In this document: piece after piece, positions 39,036 to 51,697 of the stretch | Layout of the letters: every line of letters starts with the position of its first letter | How positions within the stretch are numbered: the first letter of the stretch is position 1 | Source: Mobula hypostoma | Lineage: Eukaryota | Direction: 5' to 3' | DNA: 64,000 bases | Assembly: GCF_963921235.1 (NCBI RefSeq) | Contig: NC_086101.1 | Span: 14,756,001-14,820,000, forward strand | The notes under the pieces: model-generated | Seen by the model: only the letters and a program-made list of their open reading frames with translations | Told to the model about the DNA's origin: nothing | Database searches by the model: none | Position numbers and translations under genes: made by a program

Positions 39036-40049
39036 CGTTTATATTTCGGAATGCGGTGTCATTTCATCTCGCATCTTCACTGTTGTGCATCACCTGGTGA
39101 GAGCGCTGCAGGCCAGAACAGGCTGCCGCGGTACATTACTGTATCGCAGAACAGGTTTGTTTTGTATTAGCCTCTTGCCTTCCATGGCTCATCGAAACCA
39201 CGACCCCCGCTCCCAACCTAACAGCATGCGTGTGACCTTATCCGCCAAAAAGAGAGGAGGCGGCAAGCGGTTGAAAAACAACTCCCGACGTCACACACCA
39301 CCAGTCCTTCAGCGCGGCCATATCTAAATCCTCTAACAATGCCCAGCAGAGGTCTGCAGTGGTTCAAAAAAGCGGCACGCAAACATTAATTGGAGATGAA
39401 AAATAAATTATGTTATTGTAGCTACGCCTGGATCAAATCAAGTAATAAAAAACCTCACTACATGTTAAAGCGGGCCAAAGATAATCATCCAGAGAGAAAA
39501 CAAAATTTATCTCTACAACCTGCTTGGCATATGATCGTACATTTAAAATATAAATTGTTTGCATGAAACGCTGTGTAGTTTACAGAGATGTATTTCTCTT
39601 CCTGTCTTCCAGGTATTATTTCTTTATCGCTGCCAGAACTGGAAACCTCGCTGGCTTATTTTAACTTTAGCATTGACTTAACAGTATACTAGCCACTACT
39701 TGCATATTTAATGAAGTCTATTCACTTTAAGGTACAGGGAAAAAAGAGCTGTGCAAACCTGAGCATGCCAACAGTTCCAAAAGTTTACCAAAGCTTCCAA
39801 ATTTTTAGTGAGGCGTACTATTCTATTTTCGAAGTGAAACAGATGTAAGTTCATCAATGGCAGCACACAAAAAGCCAGAAGAACTCAGCCGATCATATAG
39901 CATCTGTGGAGGGGAATAAACCGTTCTGGCTTCCTCCCCACTTCCTTTCCATTCCTGATAAACGGTCTGTGCCCGAAACGTCGACTGTTTTCCCCTCAAT
40001 AGATGAAAACTGACCTTCTGAGTTCCACCCGCATTTTCTGTGTTGACAC

Positions 40050-40660
40050 GAGGAAATCTGCAGATGCTGGAATTTCAAGCAACACACAAAAAAGTTGCTG
40101 GTTCCACATCCCATTCCCATTCTGATATGTCTATCCACGGCCTCCTCTACTGTAAAGCTGAAGCCACACTCAGGTTGGAGGAACAGCACCTTATATTCCG
40201 TCTGGGTAGCCTCCAACCTGATGGCATGAACACTGACTTCTCAAACTTCCGCTAATGCCCCACCTCCCCGTCGTACCCCATCCGTTATTTATTTATATGC
40301 ACACATTATTTTACTCTCTCTGCCCTTCTTCTCCCTCTGTCCCTCTCACTATACCCTTGCCCATCCTCTGGGCTCCCACCACCCCCCCCCCCCCCTTTTC
40401 TTTCTCCCTATGCCTCCTGTCCCATGATTCTCTCATGCCCCTTTTGTCAATCAACTGTCCAGCTCTTGGCTCCATCCCTCCCCCTCCTGTCTTCTCCTAT
40501 CATTTTGGATCTCCCCCTCCCCCTCCCTCTTTCAAATCTCTTACTAGCTCTTCTTTCAGCTAGTCCTGACGAAGGGTCTCGGCCTGAAACGTCGACTGTA
40601 CCTCTTCCTAGAGATGCTGCCCGGCCTGCTGCGTCCACCAGCAACTCCTTTGTGTTTTGT
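40050..40660 (+). mobile_element. Penelope 3' fragment with short inverted pLTR piece
   Basis: STSHSHSDMSIHGLLYC...NFR* plus 3'UTR. acacaaaaaagttgctgg near 40085 is inverted relative to ccagcaactcctttgtgt near 40640. Confidence 0.88.
40561..40598 (+). ncRNA. Hammerhead ribozyme in Penelope fragment
   Basis: tagtcctgacgaagggtctcggcctgaaacgtcgactg. Confidence 0.82.
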
Positions 40661-41394
40661 GTGTTGATCTGGATTACCAGCATCTTCAGGAGCTCTGTAC
40701 TTTATCATGAGTACGTTTCATGCACCAAGCTCCTTTAACACCCTCCCAAGGATGCACAATTATCGGTATTTTAAATTGACGCCCAGCCGTTGATAGCAGA
40801 ATTGCTGCTGACGTTCTGCCAACATTCCCTCTAATTTTTTACAGCTGCACCAACAAATCATTGCTCTGAGCGAAAAGTTTCTGCTCGACGTGAAAATATC
40901 ACGGCACTTTTTTTGTAATATGCTGTGGTTGGAAATGTGACCTTAGTCAAGTGAAAAGAATGCTCGACTCTGGAGTCTGTTTTCAGGACCTTTATTTTAC
41001 TTGGTACCAAGGGGAGAGAGAGCTCCCGACATTGTTCTCCTGTTACAATAGCGTCCTTTTATACAGATCAGCATAGTAACAGCAGGCTTATTATCATATA
41101 GCCAATCATTGTATAGAAATATTACCACACGTTAACAATATGTTACCGTTCACAAAAAAAAAACTTACAGTGAAACAAGCAGTTGCAAGATAAACTATCT
41201 TGCAGAGCTCAACACGTTAGTTTCTGTTTCTGTGGTCACAGCAGATTAGCCTCAAACCTTATCTCGCAAGAGTTAGAACGTAATGTTCTTCCACTGCACA
41301 CAATGCTTTTTGCTTTGCTGTCTCCTTGACCCTAGTCACTTAGCTTATTAACCCTTTTCCTCTGCATATGCATACTGTGAATATTTAGAACGAA

Positions 41395-42195
41395 AAGGTT
41401 CAAAGGTCGAATTTAATGTCAGAGAAATGTATACAATATACATCCTGAAATGCTGTTTCGTCGCAAACATCCACGAAAACAGAGAAGTGCCCCAAAGAAT
41501 AAACGACAGCTAAACGCGAGAACTACAATGTCCCCCCAGTTCCCTCCTCCCGCGCGTAAGCGACAGGAAACAACAATCCCCCCTCCCTCCACCAGCAAAA
41601 AAAAGCGCATCGGTACCGTCACCGAGCCCAATCATGTGCTAAGCAATAGCAAAGTCACAGACCAAAGTTACCCCAAAGGCTTCGCATTTCAACCGACATT
41701 CGACAACCACAGGTTCTCTCTCTCCCTGGCAAGGGAAAGGGAGATATCCCCTATTTTCACAGCGAGCGGGAGACATGACACCCCGCAGGTTTACGAAGTC
41801 AGAAGTCCGTTTCGTAGCTTTTTTCGAGCTGTGTGTCCGAAGATCGCAAAGACCTCGGATATTCAGGCCCACAGCGAAAGATTTTCCGGCCTCCCCGGCG
41901 ACACACGAGTCTCCTGCCATGACACCGACCCTCGATCCGCCCGTCTCCAGAGCCCCGAGATCTTAGGCTTCCGAACGTGAACAGGAATCTCAAGTCAAAC
42001 CGTTGGTATGTCGAATAACCGCCAGTCGTGGAACCCCGAGAACGGGTCCCATTCCCGCAAAGAACCGAAGTCTGCGTGTAACTCCAGGTCAGGGTCGTCA
42101 AAGAAACCTTGAAAGGGAAAAATAAAGATATTAAAGGTGGAAATAGAGCTGCTTCCGAAGATGCAAGCAAAGTAGTTACCATTAGGCGCCATTAT
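41395..42195 (-). mobile_element. Probable non-autonomous retroposon with (ttgaacct)-type tail
   Basis: Begins atggcgcc..., GC-rich body, ends taaattcgacctttgaaccttt. A similar tail lies near 25320. Confidence 0.45.
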
Positions 42196-42334
42196 CCCTC
42201 CTAAGCTCCTGCTAAATCTTGTGATTTTTGAAAACTGAAAAATCCTGTGCTTTTGATTTTATTTATTAATTGAAGGGTATCATAAAGTACAGTACGTCAA
42301 AGAAATCTTTTTTTTTCATTTCGTAAACTTTTTC

Positions 42335-43085
42335 TCAGCTATCTTCATTACAAATTCTTTGTCTGTAAACACTGTTCAGATTAATTTTGCTTCCAGTTGA
42401 AAGAGTCGTCTTAATCGTCGTTAAATCATCCAAATGTTCCACTTCTAGACTGTTTCTGCATATACGTTTTATAATTCGTAAGACCGAATCCACGTTCACT
42501 GTCAGCACAAGCTTCAAATGCTCCAGCGATGTCAACACGATTTGACATTTCTTCAAATATTTCGTTTCTAAGCATGTAGTTTAATATATCAGTGAATCTC
42601 TTAATTGAACCAAACTTAACTTTCTCGGAAACAACAAATTTGAAATCACAGTATTGCTGCGATATTTTCGAGGCAATGCTTTCGTCTTAGTTTGTAATAG
42701 TAGTTCAGTACTTTTTGTCAGTCGTACTTTTTTTCGATTTCCAAATTCAAAATTGGTTGCATCTGCAATAACAATAGGGTTAAAAGCTTACCATTCTCTT
42801 AAATGATCGTCAGGAAATCTATTATCCAAGTCGTTAGGCACACGTTGAATGAATAGAATAATAGGCTCAGTATCAACGTCATAACTTGAAAGTGCAAGCT
42901 GATCCTCCACTTTGTCAATCCAATAATTGATATCGTCAAGATACTGTGACCGTAACTTAATGACGTCATAGTTTATTAACAATGACCAACTGACTTGCAC
43001 TCTGTGCTCATTGTTACAATTTATAACAGTGGTGTAACTTGAAAGACGGATAATGTAAATACGTTGAAACTCGAAAATATTTCAA
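42335..43085 (-). pseudogene. Degenerate intronless ORF of unknown family (ORF-Y)
   Basis: ORF-track pieces 42788-43000 and 42335-42556 are in the same frame, giving about 250 codons with only two internal stops in AT-rich DNA. No recognisable motif. Confidence 0.5.
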
Positions 43086-44560
43086 AGTACTGTAAAGGTT
43101 CTTGTACATATATCATTTACAAAATTTATGAATAATATTCAATAACATATAATTAATAACAGTGTATAGATAGCTTTCAAAATTATGTTAATACTACATA
43201 ATAGAAAATTCGAGTTGTGCGGCCACAAAGGCTATGTGCGCCGGTGCATTTCAGTTACTGCACGGCCGTGCACCCGCGTAGGTTGGAGGGAACAGTGTCT
43301 TCTGCAGAACTTCCGATCCAGCACGAACCAATCTAAGCTGATAACTTTTTTAAACGTTCTCTATATTCTCGGTAACCCACCTCTCACCAACTCCACTCCA
43401 CTACCACCACTCATACTCCAACCCACCACTCCAATTCTTCACCATCGCTGTGCGAAAAACCTGGGAAAACGCCCTCGGAAACAGCATAGTGGTCGTGCTC
43501 ACTACTCCAGGACTGCCGCTGTTTAAGAAGGAAGCTCGCCAGCAATTAAATGCTCGGTCAGCCTGCGAAGCCCACATTCCTTCAAAACATTTTTAAAAAT
43601 TCTTCAGCTGACTTATACACCAAAGACCCGCATAATGGTGAAATTAAACCTGATTCTGATATAAAGGATGGCTAGAAAATGGTAAAGTCGAACAACCGCA
43701 TTATCACATAAAATTGTAAAGCTGACTGTCCGGTAAACTTTTTCCAATTTTGTCAAGGGCAATAATGCTAAAATTATCCCGCTTTGTGACTATGTTTTAA
43801 TCCGCAAATAGTCCGATTCCCGATTTCATTGACAAATTAAACTGAATGGCATATAATGCTCATTCATGTGACTTCTAGTAGGCAGAGATGAATCACTGTA
43901 TTGTTGGACAAGAATGGAAAGGTGGGGGGCGGGGGGGGGACACTGAGTAAAAGTGTAATACCCGGTAGATAAGAGAAAAGGACTGAGGCGTCATCGATTA
44001 TTTTTGCTTCTTTTAAACATCATAGTTGTATTTGCAATAGTATTTTGAACAATGGCAGCTGAAATTCTGGTTAACCTGAATCTCTCACTACTTTTCAGTT
44101 TAAAACTTTCTCCCAATAATTCTTAATGTATTTCCTTTCTAATGTGCTCCAGTGTCTGACATGTAGCTCCGCCATGGATGACACCAAGTATATTTTAAAT
44201 CTTGAATCTTTGAATGCTCACTCAGAGCGCTTCTCCAATGTATAACACAAATATAGGGAATCTCCTGTTGGTTATCCGATTGATCCTTCTTCTCCCAGAC
44301 ACTAGCATGGGAATCTTCCTTCCTATATTCAGTCGTCGAATTTCTCGCCCCCTTGAATTTTTGTACTCTTTCCTTATCTGTTCAAACCTTGCGTTTCAAT
44401 TCGTTGGCTCGAGCTCATCTGACCAAACTGTGTCAGATTCCTATTGGATATAGCCAGTGTCTCCAACACTTCGTGCCGTAGGTGACTAACTTTGCTCTAT
44501 TCAACTGTGCTTCAAACCAGTCAAACCTGGTCACCCAGACACTAAGCGGAGACAACGGAA

Positions 44561-44869
44561 TTAATTCTGCAAACCTGTCATTGTGCACAATAAGCCAATA
44601 GTCTGAAAAATAGTCTCAGGTTTAACAGACTACGAGCAGAAATGTCTTGCGTCCACGTCTATGGCCCTGATAAAATTATCCCAGAGCAAGAATCTGTTCA
44701 TCAAATCGTTCATAAGATATAAGTTATAGAGCAGCTTCACAAACTGACAGCCTCCATCCCTCCACGCACATGGCAAGGACAACTCCCACTCTCGTTGACC
44801 CATTCGAGTTCGGTGTTTTTTTCCATATTTTTCTTCCTCATGGCCAACAACTCCTCCGTTTTGATCCAT
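44561..44869 (-). pseudogene. ORF-X1, a 102-codon Cys-containing ORF of unknown family (one internal stop)
   Basis: MDQNGG...MGQREWELSLPCAWRDGGCQFVKLLYNL...MNRFLLWD..IRA...FCS*SVKP...LLCTMTGLQN*. A paralog lies at 56088-56395. Confidence 0.6.
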
Positions 44870-44898
44870 GGAAATTTCTGGGGATCACACTACTTTTC

Positions 44899-47800
44899 TA
44901 TTCTCGTGGGTGATCAGCCAGATGTCGTGGTGCACATCGGTACTAATGACATAGCAAGGAAGAGCGAAGAGGTCCTGGAGAGTGAGTATAGAGAGCTTGG
45001 TAGGAAGTTGAAAAGCAGGACCTCGAGGGTGGTAATCTTAGGATTGCTACCAGTGCTACGTTCCAGTGAGGGTAAGAATAAGATGCTCTGGAGGATGAAC
45101 AAGTGGCTGAGGAACAGGTGTAGGGAGCAGGGTTTCAGATTTCAGGATCATTGGGACCTCTGCTGGGGCAGGTGGGACCTGTACAAGAGAGACAGGTTAC
45201 ACTTGAAAAGGGGACCAATATCCTTTCAGGGAGGTTTGTTAGTGCTATTGGGGAGGCATTAAACTAGATTTGCAGGGGGGTGGGAACCAGAGAGCCAGAG
45301 CTGACAGTGGGGCTGGGGTGAAAATAAATGATGTTAAAAGTTCAAGCAAAGCCGCAAATATAAAGGTTGTAAGTGGTGGTAAAAATCTTCTGAGATGTAT
45401 ATATTTCAATGCTAGGAGCATTGCGGGGAAGGCAGACCAGTTGAGGGCGTGGATTGACACGTGGAATTATGACGTTATAGCAATTAGTGAAACTTGGCTA
45501 CAGGAGGAGCAGGACTGGCAGCTTAATATTCCAGGGTTCCGATGTTTCAGATGTGATAGAGGCAGAGGAATGAAGGATGGGGGGCTGCTAGCATTGTTTG
45601 TCAGGGAAAATGTTATAGCAGTGCTCAGGCAGGACAGATTAGAGGGCTTGTCTACAGAGTCCTTATGGATGGAGCTGAGAAACAGGAAAGGTATGGTCAC
45701 ATTAGTGGGGTTGTATTATAGACAATAGTCAGCGAGAATTGGAGGAGCAAATCTGCAGAGAGATAGCAGGCAACTGCAGGAAACATAAAGTTGTGGTGGT
45801 AGGGGGTTTTAATTTTCCACATATTGATTGGGACTCCCATACTGTTAGGGGTCTAGATGGGTTAGAGTTTGTAAAATGTGTTCAGGGAAGTTTTCTAAAT
45901 CAATATATAGAGGTACCAATTAGAGAGCATGCAATATTAGATCTCCTATTAGGAAACGAGTTAGGACAAGTGACGGAAGTGTGTGGAGGGGAGCACTTTG
46001 GTTCCAGTGATCATAGCACCATTAGTTTCAACTTGATCATGGATAAAGATAGTTCTGGTCCTACGGTTGAGGTTCTAAACTGGAAGAAGGCCAAATTTGA
46101 AGAAATGAGAATGGATCTAAAAAGAGTGGATTGGGACAGGTTGTTCTCTGGCAAGGATGTGATCGGTAAGTGGGAAGCCTTCAAAGGAGAATTTTTGAGA
46201 GTACAGATCTTGTATGTTCCTGTGAGAATTAAAGGCAAAGTGAACAGGAATAAGGAGCTTTGGTTCTCAAGGGATATTGCAACTCTGTTAAAGAAGAAGA
46301 GAGAGTTGTATGACATGTATAGGAAACAGGGAGTAAATAAGGTGCTTGAGGAGTATAAGAAGTGCAAGAAAATACTTAAGAAGGAAACCAGCAGGGCTAA
46401 AAGAAGACATGAGGTTACCTTAGCAGTCAAAGTGAAGGATAATCCAAAGAGCTTTTAGAGGTATATTAAGAGTAAAAGGATTGTAAGGGATAAAATTTGT
46501 CCTCTTGAAGATCAGGGTGGTCGGCTATGTGCGGAACCAAAAGAAATGGGGGAGATTTTAAATGGTTTTTTTGCGTCTGTATTTACTAAGGAAACTGGCA
46601 TGAAGTCTATGGAATTAAGAGAAACAAGTAGTGACATCATGGAAACTGTACAGATTGAAAAGGAGGATGTGCTTGCTATCTTGTGGCAAATTAAAGTGGA
46701 TAAATCCCCAGGACCTGACAGGGTATTCCCTCGGACCTTGAAGGAGACTAGTGTTGAAATTGCAGGGCCCTGGCAGATATATTTAAAATGTTGGTGTCTA
46801 CGGGTGAGGTGCTGGAGGATTGGAGAATGGCTCATGTAGTTCCGTTGTTTAAAAAAGGATCGAAAAATAATCCTGGAAATTACAGGCTGGTAAATTTGAC
46901 GTCAGTAGTGGGTAAGTTATTGGAAGGAGTACTAGGAGACAGAATCTACAAGCATTTGGATAGACAGGGATTTATTAGGGGAGAGTCAACATGGCTTTGT
47001 GCGTGGTTGGTCATGTTTGACCAATCTATTGTAGTTTTTCGAGGAGGTTACTAGGAAAGTGGTTAAAGGGAAGGCAGTGGATGTTGTCTACATGGACTTC
47101 AGTAAGGCCTTTGACAAGGTCCCGCATGGGAGGTTAGTTAGGAAAATTCAGTCGCTAGGTATACATGGAAAGGTGGTAAATTGGATTAGACATTGGCTCA
47201 ATGGAAGAAGCCAAAGAGTGGTAGTAGAGGATTGCTTCTCAGAGTGGAGGCCTGTGATTAGTGGTGTGCCACAAGGATCAGTGCTGGGTCCATTGTTATT
47301 TGTCATAAAAATCAATGATCTGGATGATAATGTGGTAAATTGGATCAGCAAATTTGCTGATGATACAAAGATTGGAGGTTTAGTGGACAGTGAAGAAGGT
47401 TTTCAAAGCTTGCAGAAGGATTTGGACCAGCTGGAAAAATGGGCTGAAAAATGGCAGATGGAGTTTAATACAGACAAGTGTGAGGTATTGCCCTTTGGAA
47501 GGACAAACCAAGGTAGAACATACAGGGTAAACGGTAAGGCACTGAGGAGTGCAGTAGAACAGAGGGTTCTGGGAATACAGATACAAAATTCCCTAAAAGT
47601 GGCGTCACAGGTAGACAGCGTCGTAAAGAGAGCTTTTGGTACATTGGCCTTTATTAATCAAAGTATTGAGCTTAAGAGCTGGAGTGTTATGATGAGGTTG
47701 TATAAGGCATTGGTGAGACCGAATCTGGAGTATTGTGTTCAGTTTTGGTCACCAACTTACAGGAAGGATATTAATAAGGTTGAAAGAGTGCAGGGAAGGT

Positions 47801-48273
47801 TTACAAGGATGTTGCCGAGACTTTAGAATCTCAGTTACAGAGCAAGTTTGAATAGGTTAGGATTTTATTCCCTGGAGCGTAGAAGAATGAAGGGAGATTT
47901 GATAGAGGTATATCAAATTATGATGGGTATAGATAGAGTGAATGCAAGCAGGCTTTTTCCACTGAGGCAAGGGGAGAAAAAAACCAGAGGACATGGGTTA
48001 AGGGTGAAGGGGGGAAAGTATAAAGGAAACATTGGGGGGTGGGCTTCTTCACACAGAGAGTGGTGGGAGTGTAGAATGAGCTGCCAGACGAGGTGGTAAA
48101 TGCGTGTTCTTTTTTTTAACATTTGAAAATAAATTGGACAGATACATGGTTGGGAGGTGTATGGAGGGATATGGTCCGTGTGCAGGTCAGTGGGACTAGG
48201 CAGAAAATGGTTCGGCACAGCCAAGAAGGGCCAAAAAGCCTGTTTCTGTTTGTAGTTTTTCTATGGTTTCTAT
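44899..48273 (+). mobile_element. 5'-truncated CR1 (end of ORF1 esterase plus ORF2)
   Basis: VVVHIGTNDI, YFNARSIAGK, YMDFSKAFDKVPH and KFADDTK. Tail tttctatggtttctat. Confidence 0.95.
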
Positions 48274-48599
48274 TGAGTAAATACAGTCCAAAAGGAGCAC
48301 CAACATTTATGAATACATCAAATAATACTGAATAATGTACTAATTGAAATATCACGGACTGTACAACATAGATAAACAAATAATGTAAAAATACTGGGAT
48401 ATTTAAAAATATTATCAGCATATAAAAGAAAAATATCTAAAAACATCTAACTGGGATTGTTAAAAATATCTATAATTTCATAAGAGGTTTTTAACAGCAA
48501 ATAATGAAATATAATGAGGTAGAAATACATAATATTCAGGAAAAACATCATGGTATAAAGTCAGACAAAATCACCAAAAAGAGATTTGGAATATATCAA

Positions 48600-49112
48600 C
48601 CATGTAAACATTTAAACTTGCTATCCAAAAACACATAGGCATAAACATTGAATAGTCATTAGAACAAAGAGCAGAACAATAATAACGTAAGAGATAAAAT
48701 AAGACGAATCCAAGGTTGTACTTTAACATTCATACCCCAATTTAGAACTTTATTCCAAAAGGGTGTATTCTGGAAAACATCATTACCTATGTCAGCATGA
48801 TCTCTAATAATCTTGAATAAATCTTTCCATTGTCTAATAAGAGCTCCATTATGGTTAATAACTTTATTCCACTGTGCAGTAAAATGAGGGGTAGGTGGAA
48901 TAGTATATGTCTTAGTAAGCGCTCCACCGTATCATTGATACTGCCAAAATGGAGAAGGGTGAGCGGACAAAATTTGAAAAGGTGAATAAATGACTGAAGG
49001 TGCTGGATTTGAATGTGTGCATATATGGTATAAGGTAGATGAATAGGCAACACAGTGGCAGATTGGTAGGCGTGATAGTGTAGGCATCACCAATGAAAAT
49101 GAATTCAAATCT
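48600..49112 (-). pseudogene. 3' part of envelope/class-I fusion glycoprotein gene (membrane-proximal ectodomain plus TM anchor)
   Basis: YGGALTKTYTIPPTPHFTAQWNKVINHNGALIRQWKDLFKIIRDH...FWNKVLNWGMNVKVQPWIRLILSLTLLLFCSLF, followed by a CLCLC-like stretch. Frameshifted. Confidence 0.65.
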
Positions 49113-51697
49113 TTAGAAAGTGGTAATATAGGGTCAGAAGGTGTTGAATCATTATGGATAAAGCTACGGATCTGAGGGTAAAAAGAAACTCTGACACGAG
49201 TGGTATACAAACCCAAAAACAGTGGTAAGGAGGTGGCCTACAAATTACAACCAGAGATAGAAATAGAACAATGTTACAATATTCATGGGGGACTTCAATG
49301 CACAGGTAGATTGGGAAAATGAGGTTGGTGCTGGATTCCAGGAGAGTGAGTTTCTAGAATGCCTACAAGGTGCTTCTTTAGCCCTCTAGATGATCAACTA
49401 TTCTGGACTTGGCCTTGTGCAATGAACCAGAATTAATTAGAGATCTGAAAGGTAAAAGAGCCCTGAGGGAAAGTGATTATGATATGATAGCATTCACCCT
49501 GAGATCTAAGAAGGAGAAGCTAAAGTCAGATGTATCAGAATTACATAGGAATAAAGGGAATTACAGAGGCATGAGAGAGGAGTTCGCCAGAGTTGATAGG
49601 AAAAGAACACTGGCCGGGATAACGGCAGAGCAGCAATTGCTGAAATTTCTGGAAGCAATTCGGAAGGTAAAGAATCCGTACATCCCAAAGAGGAAGAAGT
49701 ACCCCAAAGGAAATATGCCACAACCATGGCTAACAAGAAAATTCAAAGCCAACATATAAGCCAAAGAGAGGACTTATAATAAAGGAAACATTAGTGAGAA
49801 GTTAGATCGGGAAGCTTTTAAAAATCAACTGACAGCTACTAAAAAAGTAATTACGAAGGTAAAGATGGAATACAAAAGTCAGCTAGTTAATAATATTATA
49901 GAGGAACTAAATGTTTCTTCGGAGACATAAAGTGTAAAAGAGAAGGGAGTGTGGATATCCGAACGCTGGAATGTGATGCCAGAGAGGTAGTAATGGGAAC
50001 AAACGAAATGGGGGACGACCTGAATAAGTAATTTCCGTCAGTCTTCCCTGTGGAAGACAATAGCTGTATTGTGGAAGTCCCAGGCATCATGGGGCATGAC
50101 GTGTGTGAAGCTACCATAACTAGAGAGAAGATTCTTGGGTAACTGAAAGGTCTAAAGGTAGGTAGGACATCCGGACCAGATGGTGTACACCCCAGAGTTC
50201 TGATAGAGGTGGCTTAAGAGATTGCGAAGGCGTTGGTAAAGACTTTTCAAGAATCACTAGATTCTGTAATGGTTCGGGACGACAGGAAGATTACAAATGT
50301 CACACCACTCTTCAAAGAGGGAGAAAGGCAGAAGAAAGGAAACTGTAGGCCAGTTAGTCTGACCTCCGTGATTGGCAAGATGTTGGAGCCGATTATTAAG
50401 GATTAGGTCTCAGGGTACTTGGAGGCACATGATAAAAACAGGCCGTATTCAGCATAGTTTCCTCAGGGGAAAATCTTGCTTGCCAAAACTGTTGGAATTC
50501 TTTGAAGAAATAACAAGTAGAATAGATAAAGGAGAATCGGTTGATGTTATGTACTTGACACATCAAAAGGTCTTTCACAAGGTGCCACATGTGGGGCTGC
50601 TTAGCAAGCTACGAGCCCATGGTATTGTAGGACAGATTCTAGCATGGGTAAAGAAGTAGCTGATTGGCATGAGGCAAACAGTGGGAATAAGGGGAGTCTT
50701 TTTCAGGCTGTCTGCCGTTGACTAGTGGTTTTCTACAAGAGTCTATGTTCGAACCCATTATTTTTACTTTATATGCCAAAGATTTGAAGGATTGAATTAA
50801 TGGCTTTGTTGCAAAGTTTTCAGACGATATCGAGCGAGGTGGAGGGGCAGGTAGTTTTGTGGAAGTAGAGGGGCTACAGAAAGTCTTAGATTAGGAGAAT
50901 GGGCAAAGAAATGGCAAATAAAATAAAGTGTCGGGAGGTGTATGGTCATACACTTTGGTAGAAGAAATGAAAGGTTGAACTATTTTCTCCATTTCTAAAT
51001 GGAGAAAAGAATACAAAACTTTGAGGTGCGAGGAGACTTGGGAGCCCTTGTACTGGGTTCCCTAAAGGTTAATTCGCAGGTTGAGTCCGTGGTGAGGAAG
51101 GCAAATGCGATGTTAACATTTATTTCAAGAGGATTAGAATATAAAAGCAAGGATGTTATATTGAGACTTTATAAAGCACTGCTGAGGCCTCACTTGGAGT
51201 ATTGTCAGCAGTTTTTGGCCCCTTATCTTAGAAAGCATATGCTGAATCTGGAGAGCGTTCAAAGGAGGTTGACGAAAATGATTGCAGGATTGAATGGCTT
51301 ATCATATGAAGAGCGCCTGATGGCTCTGTGCCTGTATTCACTGGAGTTCAGAAGAATGAGTGGTGACCTCATTGAAGCCTTTCAAATGGTGAAAGGCCTT
51401 GATTGAGTGGGTGTAGAGAGTCTGTTTCCTATGATGGGAGAGTCTAAGAGCAGAGAACACTGCCTCAGAATAGATTGGCGCCCTTTTGCAACGGATACGA
51501 GGAGGAATTTCTTAATGTATTTTAAGTCTAAGTGTGTATTTAAGGCAGCGATTGATAGATTCTTAATGAGTCAGGGCTTGAAGGGATATGGGGAGAAGGT
51601 AGTAGATTGAGGTTGAGAGGAAAATTGGATCAGCAATGATGAAATGGCGGAGCAGAGTCTTTGACTCCGCTCCTATGTCGTATGGTCTTATGGTCTT
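49113..51697 (+). mobile_element. Degenerate 5'-truncated CR1 inserted in the env-like gene
   Basis: APE/RT remnants and tail tatggtcttatggtctt. ATCT is duplicated at 49109-49112 and 51698-51701. Confidence 0.9.

Noticed and set aside
39094-39136. Possible 43-nt leader exon MYRGSLFWPAALSP-G with phase-1 donor (minus)
   Set aside because: Weakly hydrophobic and seen only once; chance occurrence is plausible.
39951-40598. Two same-strand hammerheads 611 nt apart suggesting a retrozyme monomer
   Set aside because: The upstream copy has a mutated core (CUGAUAA) and different flanks. It looks like an older PLE fragment beside a younger one, not a tandem repeat.
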